A stretch of 64,000 nucleotides of DNA from Neophaeotheca triangularis (lineage: Eukaryota): assembly GCA_054600435.1 (NCBI GenBank), contig BAAIJX010000004.1:124001-188000 (forward strand), in the 5' to 3' direction. A program made the position numbers and the translations under genes. Below, in pieces: positions 48,934 through 60,556 of the stretch (position 1 is its first letter; every line of letters begins with the position of its first letter). The notes under the pieces are model-generated. The model was not told the DNA's origin. It did not search any database and was given only the letters and a program-made list of their open reading frames with translations.

Positions 48934-49950
48934 TCAGGGCGGTTCATGGTCTCTCCTCGGCACCGACACCTCGCTCCGGTTGTTAGCCAAGTACTCCCTC
49001 AAATGCGGTGGATCATCCAGTTTGAGAATCGAGTGAATCCTATCCTGCGCATCCCCAGTGCCTCTCTGCTCAGCATCCGCGCTCGCATCCTGACCTGCAT
49101 CCGCAGACCTCGAGCCTGTAGACCTCGACAGCGTGGTGCTCTTCCTGCGATGCAACATGATAGCGCCATAGACACTAGGCGCATTCGCCACGAACGCGGC
49201 TACAATCTCCTGTATCGAGGCCCACACGCTGCGCACGGCTTGCGCGGAGTCCTTGTCGTAGATGATCACGGTGCGCAAGATGCTGACGATGATGCAGAAG
49301 GTGCCGATGGCGTAGAGGATTCCCAGTTGGACACGCTGCAGCCAGGTTCGGTCGCGATATTTCAGCAGCGGTGAGGAGATGGCGAGTAAGACTAGATCTA
49401 TGGCAATGTTTGAGCCGCATTGAAGGACCAGCTGTACGTATGCCCGCGTGCATTGCGGCCTGCTTTCTGGGCGGATTTCGTAGTAGAGGCGAAAGGGCTG
49501 GCATTCGAGGAAGGTGGCGAGGACTACTGCGATATAAGTGGTGATGATGAGCACCCAACAGAAGCGGATACCATAGCGAGTCCAGGTAATGTGGGAAACG
49601 ACGTTTGTGTAGAAAAGCAGCAGGAGCACGCACTAGAGCCACGTGAAGGTGGTGATGGAGGTGCGAGCACAGAGTACAAGGATTGTCGCGGTGGTGATCT
49701 CAGGCGCGGTAACGTGATCAGGCGACGAGGGACCATAGTCGGTCAACTGGCCGTATTGGAGGTAGTAGTGGTTGAGTATTGCGCGCGCTAGCAGGGCCGT
49801 AATGGAGGATATGACCAGGGCTACTATTGTGAGGTCGAATTTTCGAGGTTTCCGACCAAGGCAGCTGAGCAACCTTACGATAAGGATGCCGATAGTAAGA
49901 CCGCCGCAAACCCAGTTGGCCACTCTCGCGTTGGCAAGTGTCAGTGCCAT
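48934..49950 (-). pseudogene. PTH11-like (fungal rhodopsin-domain) multi-TM protein with one in-frame TAG at 49633-49635
   Basis: The two ORF-track pieces share one frame (339 codons). About 7 hydrophobic segments and the TFLECQPFRLYY...C...NIAIDLVLLAI motif. No intron signals around the stop. Confidence 0.7.
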
Positions 49951-50870
49951 GGTCTGTTCTTGCTCGGTAGTCGACTCTTTTAAGGGTGTGGCACCACCCG
50001 TCTAGTCGCCGGCTGGTTTTTCGACTGCCCGGAATGTCTCGGGCGCCATGTCGCTCGCTGCGCGAGATTGCTTGAACCTGGTGAGACGGGCAATAATGGC
50101 CTTCAGATGTGATTGATGAGGTGCAGAATGGACGCCACAGACTCGTTGGAAAGCTGCTGACACCAAGAGCCGCCCCGCTGGATGCTGTTACCCGTGTGAG
50201 TATGACATGCAGACACGAAAAAATTAGACTTCTCCCAGGGCCTTACAGCCAAGCCAACTGGGACTGAAGATGTCTAGCTTCTGAAGACGGAGTAAAGCGT
50301 CCCGGATGGGGGATTTTGTCGTTTCAAACGAGTCGCTGTTGTTCGATTGTACGATGCTGATTTGTGTCGTATGAGCGGTACCCTGGGTAGGTTACGGTAT
50401 GTTAAGCTGTTCGTGAACACACACAGAGATTAGTTGAAGAGGTGAAGTGGTCGTGTCGTGACTCGTCGGTCATCACGGCTTCTACTTCCCGGACAAGTCC
50501 GACAGACGCGGCCGTCTTGCCGTCCCACCACCTGCACATACCTTACTACTATGTGTGGACTCGCTCGTCAGGTCGTCAACAGTATGCCATACATGATAAA
50601 CCCACCCTCGCTATCCATTTCCCGACGATGTCTCTGAGGAGAAGTAGCCCAGAGGGATGGATAAATTGGTTGAAAATGTTTATGCGATTGATGAAATCGC
50701 TAATAAGTGCATCTCTGAATATGTATCTGCCAAAATAGGGACCCAAAGCGGGCCAAGAAGAGAAGTAAAAGCATTAGTTTAGGGTAAGATCCTCACACGC
50801 CTCCGCGCCCGATCTGCGGTACGCTTTCAGTAGAGACAGTCCCTCCCTCTTCTTGGACAGTCAAACTCGC

Positions 50871-51996
50871 TTAAACACACTCCTCGCCGTTCCACTCCTC
50901 GGGGGGGACACAGCCACCAGGGAGAGGGTCGACGATGGGGTAGCCCGCCGACGACTCAACGGTGTAAACGTCGTCACCACGGACCTGGCCGCAGTTGGAC
51001 ACGGCCTCGGACGCGGGCCACTCGCGGGAGTACAGGTTGCAGACCAGGCTCTCGGGGACATCGTTGCGTGAAAGGATGTACGAGTTGAAGTAGTTGCAGG
51101 GCGGGTAGGTGCCATCGATGGGGTCGGGGCGCGAGGTGTGGTAGGCATTGTGTGTCCTACACGCTGCGGCGCACAGAGCAGGGTCGAAAACGGTGTTGGA
51201 GAAGGTAGTGACACCGACGAAAGTGTTGTCACCCGTTACAGGGTCCAGAGGGGCGTTAAGGGCGCAGGCGAGTTGAGTGGGCTCCTCGAAGTCGTCCTCG
51301 ACGGCTGGGGAGTCGAACTCGGTGACTGTGTAGCCGTTGGAGCCGGCGATGGCGACCTCAAACTCGGTGCGGAACTGGCCAGCGTTGGTTGCTGCCGCGG
51401 CGGAGATTGGGAAGCCGTAGAGCGCGCAGCCGATGGTCGTTGTGGAAGGGGGGTTGCTGCAACCAAGAGCAGCGGCGGTGGCGTTGGTGGCGTTGAGCGG
51501 GGGAGCAAGGCTGGGGTCACGCTCGAAGTAGATGTTGAAAGCAAGGCAGCCGTTGGTCAAGTTGCAAATCTCTGCGCATGTCTCCGGGTCGTAGCTCTCA
51601 AGAGTGCGCAGACCCTGGTAGCCGATCTGCTCGACGGTGGCACCGAGGCCTGAAAAGGCTTCGGTGTAGCCCTCAGGAGCCTCAACACCCTCAGCGATCT
51701 CCGCGTAGACTGGGTTGGCGCGGAAAGCCTCAGCGGTGTCTGGGTCTCTAGTCAAGGGGCCAGATCTAATGCTCGGTTAGTAAAGTGACCTGGAGCTTAT
51801 CAATATATCCAACTTACCCAGCCGGCTGAGCTTCGCACGCCGGGACGGTGACGTTGGTTTCTTGACGCTTGTAAACGGGGAACGCAGCGTTCTTCCTGTG
51901 AAGAGGAGTGAGGTCGACGGCCTGCGGTTCGGCGTAAGGCTTGGGTGCGGCAAAGGCCACACCGACCATAAGAGATGTCGCAATAAAGGAGTGCAT
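50871..51996 (-). CDS. Secreted Cys-rich protein with two apple/PAN-like modules; exons 51996-51818, 51765-50871
   Basis: Signal peptide MHSFIATSLMVGVAFA and Kex2-like KR; CAEICNLTNGCLAFNIYFERDPS and CAAAC...CNYFNSY...CNLY. GTAAGT..CTAAC..TAG intron. Confidence 0.8.
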
Positions 51997-53534
51997 ATTG
52001 GATTTGCGAGGCTTGAGGAGTGTAACGAACGTATCTGTCAAAGCGACTCTCGAATGGGGTTGGAGAGAAGAGAGTTGAAGACGCGAAGGCCATACCCAGC
52101 TTTATACCTCAAGATGTTGTCCCCCATGTTGATGGTGGGAACAAGTCACAATCTACTGCAGGTGTCGATTAGTCGGCCGACCAAGTCCAACTGCCACACT
52201 CCAACCTCGTTCATGCACCTGGACTGCTCCATTTAGACAACCTCAGGCCTGTTTGCATCTCCTGATGGTGTTTGTCCGAGTGGTATTACTGGTTCACTCA
52301 TCGCTTCAATCACTTGCTTGGCAGCCTCAATGATAGTCTTGTCGACTCAACAAGAAACAGTAATAATTGATGAGGCACGAGGCATTAGCTCAATCGATCC
52401 GATGGTGAGAATGAAACCCCCCCGACGAGGATGAAATCGACTGGTTCCAATATTCCAGCGAGTCCAGCACGACGTCGATAGTACCTGCCTTGGTAGACCA
52501 CCCAACAGTATCGACATCACATTTCGTAGTCGCCATCAACATGACTACTGCCATTCGCGATTCTGCTCCACTGGTATCGCCAGTTGGAGTGCTGTAGTAG
52601 ACTGTAGTGGCGATATGGTCCGCGATAAAAGCACGCTAGCCACAATGTGGCACGGCACAGCCCCTGTACCGGGTCTCTTCGGTATACCGACACCACGCAT
52701 CTCCGTCTCCTCAGCCTCGTGTCGCACGCGGACGAAGCATTGTTATTATTCTCACCTTCACACGGCGACCCAGCGGCTGGGAACGGGAGCAAACTCTCGC
52801 AGTCGCTCGTCAAAAGTTGTAACGTCAACAAGACTACTCAGGTATGGCATGGCATGGCATAGCATTGACTCCAAAAAGCTCTGTTTGGATTGGCGTCAGT
52901 CGACCAACGGAGGCGCCAACGAGAGTATTAGTAGTAGTCGGGTGTTGCTGTACATACTATGTACATACTGCCCCTCCCTAGGGAAGTGCTAGAGTTGCTA
53001 GACTTTGCGCTTTTCACCCAAGTCCGAGTAAGCTCGCTTACACTGCTGCATTAGAGTGAAGCTACTCGTTCGACTAGCAGCCTTAAGCCTTAATAACAGC
53101 TTTTGGTGTACAGAGAATGGGCGGCGGTAAAGTTGAAGAATCGATAGAAGCAGTACCCAAGTTACCTTGTTACAGGAGGTGTTGGTTTTCAGAAGATGCG
53201 GAGAGGCGGGGGCCTGTTACAATTAGCTGTAACGAAGGTGGGTGGGTCGGCTTCACTCGGGTGGTCTCAGCCGACACTGGTCCAGTCCAGTCCCAGCTCG
53301 TTGAGTGTTTACTGGTAAAATAAAATTGCATCTTGGAAGATGGCCATTCGGATATTTGTCTTCGGTGTCCGGGGGCGACTCTGTGCATTTGCCGTTGTAT
53401 ACAAAATACGGCCGTCTATAAACATTCAGATCTATAAGTGCAACGCCGCGCTAACGACAACGCCGACTGAAGCCCTGAGCATACAGTAACTTTCCCAGCA
53501 GTGTGCTCGACTCAGCTATCCGAACAAATCCGCC

Positions 53535-55128
53535 CTACCCTTCATGCTCCCTTCCAGCTTCTTTACCCTCCCTCAACCTTTCCACCTTGCCCTGTCTGAT
53601 ACAGTGCAAGCTCCATGCGATTGCGACGAAACTGCTCAACAGCGTAACATAATACGCACTGGCATAGCAGTTCCTGCCTTCGTCGCAAACCCTTTCACCC
53701 CCGCCCGTTCCGTCGTCCTTGAAAATGCTGTGTTGGTCGAGGATACTGCCGTAAGCAAGGTTGAATACGTTTCCGCTTACCGAGGGCGCAAGCGTCATCA
53801 CGCCCCAATTGATGCCCATGCCGCTCGGCCCGAAGGCATCGGCCACGAGGGCGGGATAAACGCCGAAGAGCGCTCCGTAGCCTAGTCCGGTGAGCGACGA
53901 AAGCCAGAATAAGAGGTTCGGGTTCTCAATGGTCAGCGCTAGTACTTGTGCGATTGTGAAGATGCACGCTGAGACCACGAGCGTCCAGAAGCGGGAGCAA
54001 TGGTGGTGGATCAAGAAGTCCGAGCCGATGCCTGAGCTCAGTCGGCCGAGAAAGGAGAAGAACGAGAGGATGCTGACGTGCATAAGTTGACGCTTTTGGA
54101 TGAAGTCTCGGCTGGCGCTGTCGTCGTAGTGGTGCCAGAGTGAGCGTGCATTATTGCCGATATTGTTAATGGTCATTAGACCGACACCGCAGAGGAGCCC
54201 GAGCATGATGAAAAGCTGCCAGAACTTTGGCGATTTGAGCAGGGCGAAGCCTGTGATGTCTTCTGTGTGTGCGTGAGCGTGTGGTCTGGATTCGGGAATA
54301 TCGCCTGGGCCAGAAGAGACGAGGGAAGAGGTTTCGTCTGCGTTTGCTTGGTGAGAGGTGGATAAAATAGGGAGTAGTAGCGAGGGGAAATGGGCTCAAC
54401 GTAAATTGTCTTTGCTTACCCGAACTTTGCCTCGAATGTGGGCTCTTTGTTCTATGCATCTGATTGCTGTCCTTCCTAGATATCCCTGGCCTGTCATCGC
54501 CAGGGACAGCCTCGTAGTGCGACTCGGGTCTAATGATCTTCAAAAAGATCATGCCAACCGAGACCAAGCAAGTTGTCCCCACTGCCAGCAGTAGGAGATA
54601 GTCGCCAGTACTATCCGGAAACGCAAACCCACTGACCGTGGTGAAGAATAACGCCGACAGTCCAAACGCACTGAGAGGAAACGCCGTTGCCGTACCCCTG
54701 TGCTGTGGCCAGTTCGTCGCGGACACCTTCAGAGCCGCGCTGAAAGCGCTGCAGCTCCCCACGCCCGTCAAGAACAGGAGAAAGCTGAGCATGCTCACGC
54801 TGTAGCTCCCAGGCCCCTCAAGGTATGCGCTCCTAAGAGGAAAGTAGCCACAAGCCAAGAGTACAATTCCCAGCAAGACTCCCCATCTTGGTCCCTTGTT
54901 GTCTATCAACAACCCCGACGGTATGCCAATGGCGTACATGCCAATATTGCCCGCGTTGCCTATGACGTTCGATTGTGTTGCTGAGAGTTGCATGCGCTCG
55001 GCATATTGCGGCGCCCATGCTGAGTAGGCATAGTTGGTGCCGCAGGCGATGGCGATTATTGTGGCGGCGATTACTGAGACGAAACGGGTCTTTCGGTGTG
55101 TCTGCTCGACGGGTGGTGGTGGAGCCAT
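53535..55128 (-). CDS. MFS transporter, MCH1/nodulin-like; exons 55128-54420 and about 54337-53535
   Basis: ACGTNYAYSAWAPQ, NWPQHRGTATAFPLSAFGLSA, GLMTINNIG, GRLSSGIGSD and GNVFNLAYG. One GTAAGC intron; acceptor either 54338 or 54347. Confidence 0.88.
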
Positions 55129-57059
55129 GGTTGGTGGCCGGCGAGAGCGAGGGTTGGGTTGTATATCAGAAGCTTCCGAGGTTGTCTAAGGAGTAGTTGG
55201 GAGCATCGGAGTTTGTCGTAACGGATCGGGCTCGAGCGGCTTGCTCTACGAGTCAATTGCACAGCGTTTGCTAAGGTCAGGCCGCCTTCGATGGATCAGA
55301 GAGCGACTGAGGTGAGTTCAATGGAAGGGAGAGTCGATAGATGACAACTGGAAACACAAACACCAAGTCGACCTCAGAGCGCAGCTCCCGCTCTCCGAGT
55401 CAAAAGCCGAGATAGCATAACTTCCAAGTTAAGTTATCCGATAGGAGCTGCAGGGCGAACGGATGTCGGCAGCTGCCCAGGTGCCCAGGTGACGTCGGAC
55501 ACCCTTATGTAAGCACATAATCTTGGCGGGACAACCAGGATGTCTTGAGATAAGGTACCTAGTACTAGTGAAGGACAACGGCGAAGATACTATTGAAGGG
55601 CAGCTCGATAGACCTCTCGTGTCGCTACAAACTCTGATTTTTTGACTCTCTGCCTTGACCTAGCCAGACTTGCGCTATCTCTGCCCAGCACCAACCCCTA
55701 TTATCTTCGTTCAACGATGTCTTAAGCACGCGTCCAAGTGAAGCATGTTCAAGGAGCTTGAGCCTCCCGACTACCTATTAGCCCGTTCAGCGCCTCTTCC
55801 TGCCGGAGCGATAAGCTGCACTAGAAACTCCCCAGGGAGCGAAAGATAGTCTAGCTTGAGCGTCGTACGATAGCGAACGAGCTCGCATAGCAGCCGCTTG
55901 TTCTCAGCCGTCTGCTCGCGAAAGGAAGCTTAATGGAACAAATTGTTCGCCATGATATTGCTCTAGTGAAGGTGAAGGTAGGTGTTCGTGTTGTGATTGG
56001 TGGTGAAGGTGTTAGGAGCCTTAGTGATGCTGATGGTGTTATTAAGGCGGTGAGAAAGATGGATAGAAGTGTGGTCAGTGTTGAAACTAAGTTTCAAATA
56101 CGAGAAAGGGTTAATGTGAAGTGAAGTCGTGGTCGAGAGTATGGACGGCCGAGTCAGAGTTGCTTAGACTGGCCAGAGCGAAAAGGGAAGGGGCCTCACC
56201 CCGGGGACATCTCCAATGCTAACGAATCTGCATATAGCAACGATCATTCGCTTGTATAATCCTGTTCTGTATTCTACATGGCATGGCAAGACGACCGCAA
56301 GGAAGATATACCTCTATCTTTACATAAACAAGGCTTTTCTGCAAGGACGCAGCAACATAACGATCAGCCCTTCGTCGCTCTGCTATCGGTATGGAGCCCT
56401 CTTCTACGTTCCGGTACCATCACCAGATATGAAATAGACTCTTTGAGGCTGCAAAACCCCAGGGAAAGCATGAAGCTATGACCCGAATTGACGATCCACG
56501 GCAACGTGCACGAGGCTTCCACTCAACTCTCGTACGGGTTCCTCGTTGTCTCTCATCCCTTTCTCCGAGGTCAAGCAGACACACAGTCGCTGTACCGGGC
56601 TCTTTCTAGGTGCCGGGGACATCAGAGAAAACAGAAGAGACAGGTGGGCAACCTCTCTTTGGGACCCCTACCGACGAGAGAATGTTTCACTTGTACATAA
56701 GCCAGGCCACCGTGTTGAGTGAATGTCGAATGAGGTCTCTAGGCCGTGAAGTGGAAACTTTAAAGTCAAGCGGAATCCCTCTGGGCCTGTGGTGCATAAA
56801 CGCCATCCGGGTAGTCTTTGACCCCTACGCTTCCATAATAACATAGCTAAGGGCCAAGGGAGAGAGGACCTAGTGTTCTTCTTAGGCAAAGGCGTAGTAC
56901 TGATTTCCAGCACGTGCAGCGCCAGGAACGGAGGGTAGATGGCCAATACTGTAGGCCAGCAGCGTCTCCGGCGTTCGATTCGCGATACGAAGACATGTAA
57001 GGAGGAGCTGCCAGTGTGAGGGTCGAGGTATCATTAGGAGCGATAGAACACTGGCGGCT

Positions 57060-57495
57060 CACATAGCGGAATCACATTCGTCCTTGGTAGCTTGAGCTGC
57101 TCGCTTTTGCGCAGCCAAACTGCACGCAGGAATATTCTCCCGTACTGTCTCTAATGCCACGACCTGCATCTGGAAATCCTGCCGCTCGGTAGTGAGTCGA
57201 TCAATGGTCGTCTGCGCCGTCGCCAATTGCTAGTCGATTGCCGCGAGATTTTTCTTCGATTTCCTAGCGTAGCGTTTTTACCTCCGCGTCCTTAGTCTTC
57301 TGTGATTTTCAGGACCCGGGCATCGCAAGCCTCCTCGGCCTTTTTGGCGCCGCGCTGTTCTGCTGCGATAAAATCCGCGGGAATCACGTGTACTTGCCGT
57401 TGTAGGGCTGGAATCGTATCTACTTGCTGTTGTAGGAAAAGTATCGTACGGTCCTTATCGTCAAGCGCTCTATTCCGTATGTTCGCGACGTGAGG
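57060..57495 (-). pseudogene. Decayed coiled-coil protein gene fragment
   Basis: Heptad-like peptides in successive frames, broken by TAG stops and frameshifts. Confidence 0.4.
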
Positions 57496-57667
57496 TAAAG
57501 TCGTGTGAGTGGGGTTGTGAAGTCGGCATCTAGACCGACCGACAGTGATCTCGAACGCTTGGACCCTCGCCTTCGTCACTGCTCCTCGACATCGGGCAGC
57601 ATTCGAAGGCAGCCATACGCCTTTAACGATCTTGAAAAACACATCCTCGCGCATCAATACCACCATC

Positions 57668-59321
57668 ATGGGCGCACTCCTCTCACTTCCCTTGCTGGCA
57701 TTGCCCAGCGCCGGAACCTTGGTTACAGCAGCCGCCAGTTGCTGTGGCGCGGGTACGCCCCTCGAGCCCTCTCCCTCTGCAACAAAGACGATCTAGCTAA
57801 CAGTGGCAACAGCGACGTGTTCGGCCGTGTGCAGTGCTTGCGGGAAATGCAACAACTCGGTGGCGACGAGAATCGCCTACGGTATGCCGACCTCCAGCAT
57901 GAGATGGCCTCTTCCCGAGTGCGCCTACTGACTCGAGCGCTTCAAATTGCAGCCTTAATCCTGCTCATCAACTCACTACTATCATGGATAATGCTCACGC
58001 CGTGGGCGGTCAAGAAACTACAGGGAGTCTTGCTGGACTATGTCACGATCAGCTGTGGAGAGGGCAAGGAGTGCTTTGGTTTCGCCGCGGTACACAGGAT
58101 CAACTTCGCTCTAGGCCTGTTCCACTTCATCCTGGCGATTATTCTCCTGGGCGTGAATAGCAGCAAGGACAAGAGAGCGCCGATACAGAATGGTTTCTGG
58201 GGACCTAAGATTGTTGCCTGGTTGGCGCTGATTGTGGTTACGTTCTTGATTCCAGACAAGTTCTTCCTGGTCTGGGGCAATTACGTTGCTCTGGTCGGCG
58301 CGATCTTGTTCTTGTTGCTCGGACTGGTCTTGCTGGTCGATCTTGCGCATACCTGGGCGGAATACTGCATTGTCAAGATCGAGGATACCGAGTCTGGACT
58401 TTGGAGAGGATTGCTCGTTGGCAGCACGCTAGGGATGTACTTTGCGGCGATTGCGATGACTATCGTCATGTACATCTTCTTCGCGCACAGTGGCTGCTCG
58501 ATGAACCAGGCTGCTATCACAGTAAGGCAGAACCTACACCTCGGCAAATTCTACAGCTGCTAACATACTGTCTCCAGGTTAACCTCATCCTGCTCCTCAC
58601 CATCAGCGCAACCTCGATCCACCCCCGAATCCAAGACTCCAACCCTCGCGCCGGCCTCGCTCAAGCCGCAACGGTCAGCGTCTATTGCACCTACCTCACT
58701 CTCAGCGCAGTAGCCATGGAGCCCGACGACCAACACTGCAACCCACTCGTCCGCGCTTCAGGCACCCGCAAAGCCACCATCGTGCTTGGCGCCATTGTTA
58801 CCTTCCTCACAGTCGCATACACAACTACACGCGCGGCCACTTACGGGCTAGCCCTAAACGCTGGCCGCAGCAGCCCCACGGGCCCGATAGCCCTTGGCGA
58901 CGATGAAGAAGGCCACGACCTCGTAGCGCAACAGCCGTCCTCGCGCCGCGAAATGCGCGCCGAAGCCCTCCGCCGAGCCGTCGAGTCCGGCGCTCTGCCC
59001 GCTTCGGCTCTCGACGACGACGACGACAGCGATGACGAGGACGAAGGCGGCAAGAACAGGAACGACGACGAGAAGGCGCGGACACAGTACAACTACTCGC
59101 TATTCCACATCATCTTCTTGCTGTCCACGGCGTGGGTAGCTACGCTGCTGACGCAGAACATTGGCGGGGATCACTTGAGGGAGCAAGGCGACTTTGTCCC
59201 CGTTGGCAGGACGTACTGGGCTAGTTGGGTCAAGATTGTGAGCGCGTGGGTGTGCTATGCGATGTTCGGATGGACGCTTGTGGCGCCGGTTGTGATGCCG
59301 GATCGTTTTGAATATTCGTGA
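57668..59321 (+). CDS. TMS1: Serinc/TMS1 membrane protein; exons 57668-57752, 57813-57881, 57953-58521, 58578-59321
   Basis: MGALLSLP...SCCGAATCSAVCSACGKCNNSVATRIAYA, VHRINFALGLFH, IQNGFWGPK, YNYSLFHIIF and WTLVAPVVMPDRF. Confidence 0.93.
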
Positions 59322-60556
59322 TGAGCGGTAATTGGGTAGATTGAAGGCGTTTTTTCTTTATCAAACTATCATTTATGTACTTGGAAGTGCTATGACAATT
59401 TCCACGATGGTGAGGCGATTCTTGCGATTGTGCCATCTAACTAACATCAGAGGGCAATATGGAGGATTCGCGACCGTCGTTATACATGACGAATAAGGTA
59501 TGCCGTTTTCACCCGTGGCCGACCTAAGGTGTAGCTCTATTCGCGCAAGGAGGTACTTGTGTCTTGCTTTTGTGGGTGATGCAGGGACAGCGATCTCGCC
59601 GTAGGGCTGAGACTGAGCAGTCCCGAAAGCCTTTTGACGGAAAATGACGGCTATCTAGCGGGCGACCGACGACAACGACGACGATGCGATCTATTGAAGA
59701 GGTAAAGCCTAGAGCAAGGCACTTAAAGAGATCAAGTCGGCGCATGTATATACCAAGGTAGTAGTAGCTAATAATATAGCGAGCGAACCAGTGGCCAGGC
59801 TGCCCAGGCAATCGTTGTTGGGAGGAAACGTCGGGAATGGGTGTTTTGGCTTATCGAATGGCGGTCAAGAGTGGTGAGCGTGGGCTTCTGTAGCAAGCAG
59901 TACATACTGTACCACCCCTACCTAGACAGAAGAGCGAGTGCAGTGGCGGCGGTGGAAGGGTACATGGTATGGCTTCGGAATTGGCGAAGAAAATGATAAT
60001 ATTAAAAGCTATTCACTACGTGCAAGTTGCTGTCCTATACTACTGTCTATGTGTATCGCCTTTCGATATAGCGCTGGAAGGAAAAGCGCCCGGTTCCATT
60101 CTTGCTGGTGAAGTAGTGATTGGAAGTTGGTGAAAAAAAGTTGTCGTTGGTTGAAAGGCGGCCTCAACGAGACTAGCGCGTGCCAAGCCACAGACAATAA
60201 TTTTTGACAGGCGTGTACAAAAGTCGGCCTGCCCGCACACCATCCTACTCTCTCCTCCCACAACTCACTCACTCTTTCACACTCTTTCATTACCCATCCA
60301 CCACCTCTCGATACCCCTTTCCTACCCTCTCCCACTTACGCGCAGTCTCTACGAGAGTCGTGTGTCTTGCTAGCGCACCGAAGCGCTTCCCGAATCGAAA
60401 CCCCCACACAGCAAGGGGACGTGCGTGCGGAACGATAACCGATTTCGCCACTACCTAACGCCTGATTTTTTTTCCCACCTCTTATCCTCCTCACTCGACC
60501 GACTCTCCTCTCTTCTTCCAACTTCCTCTCCTCCCACACCACCCTCCCACATTTAT

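Noticed and set aside
60425..60556. Open in-frame leader upstream of the eEF3 ATG
   Set aside because: Pyrimidine-rich leader that is stop-poor by composition; no supporting motif.
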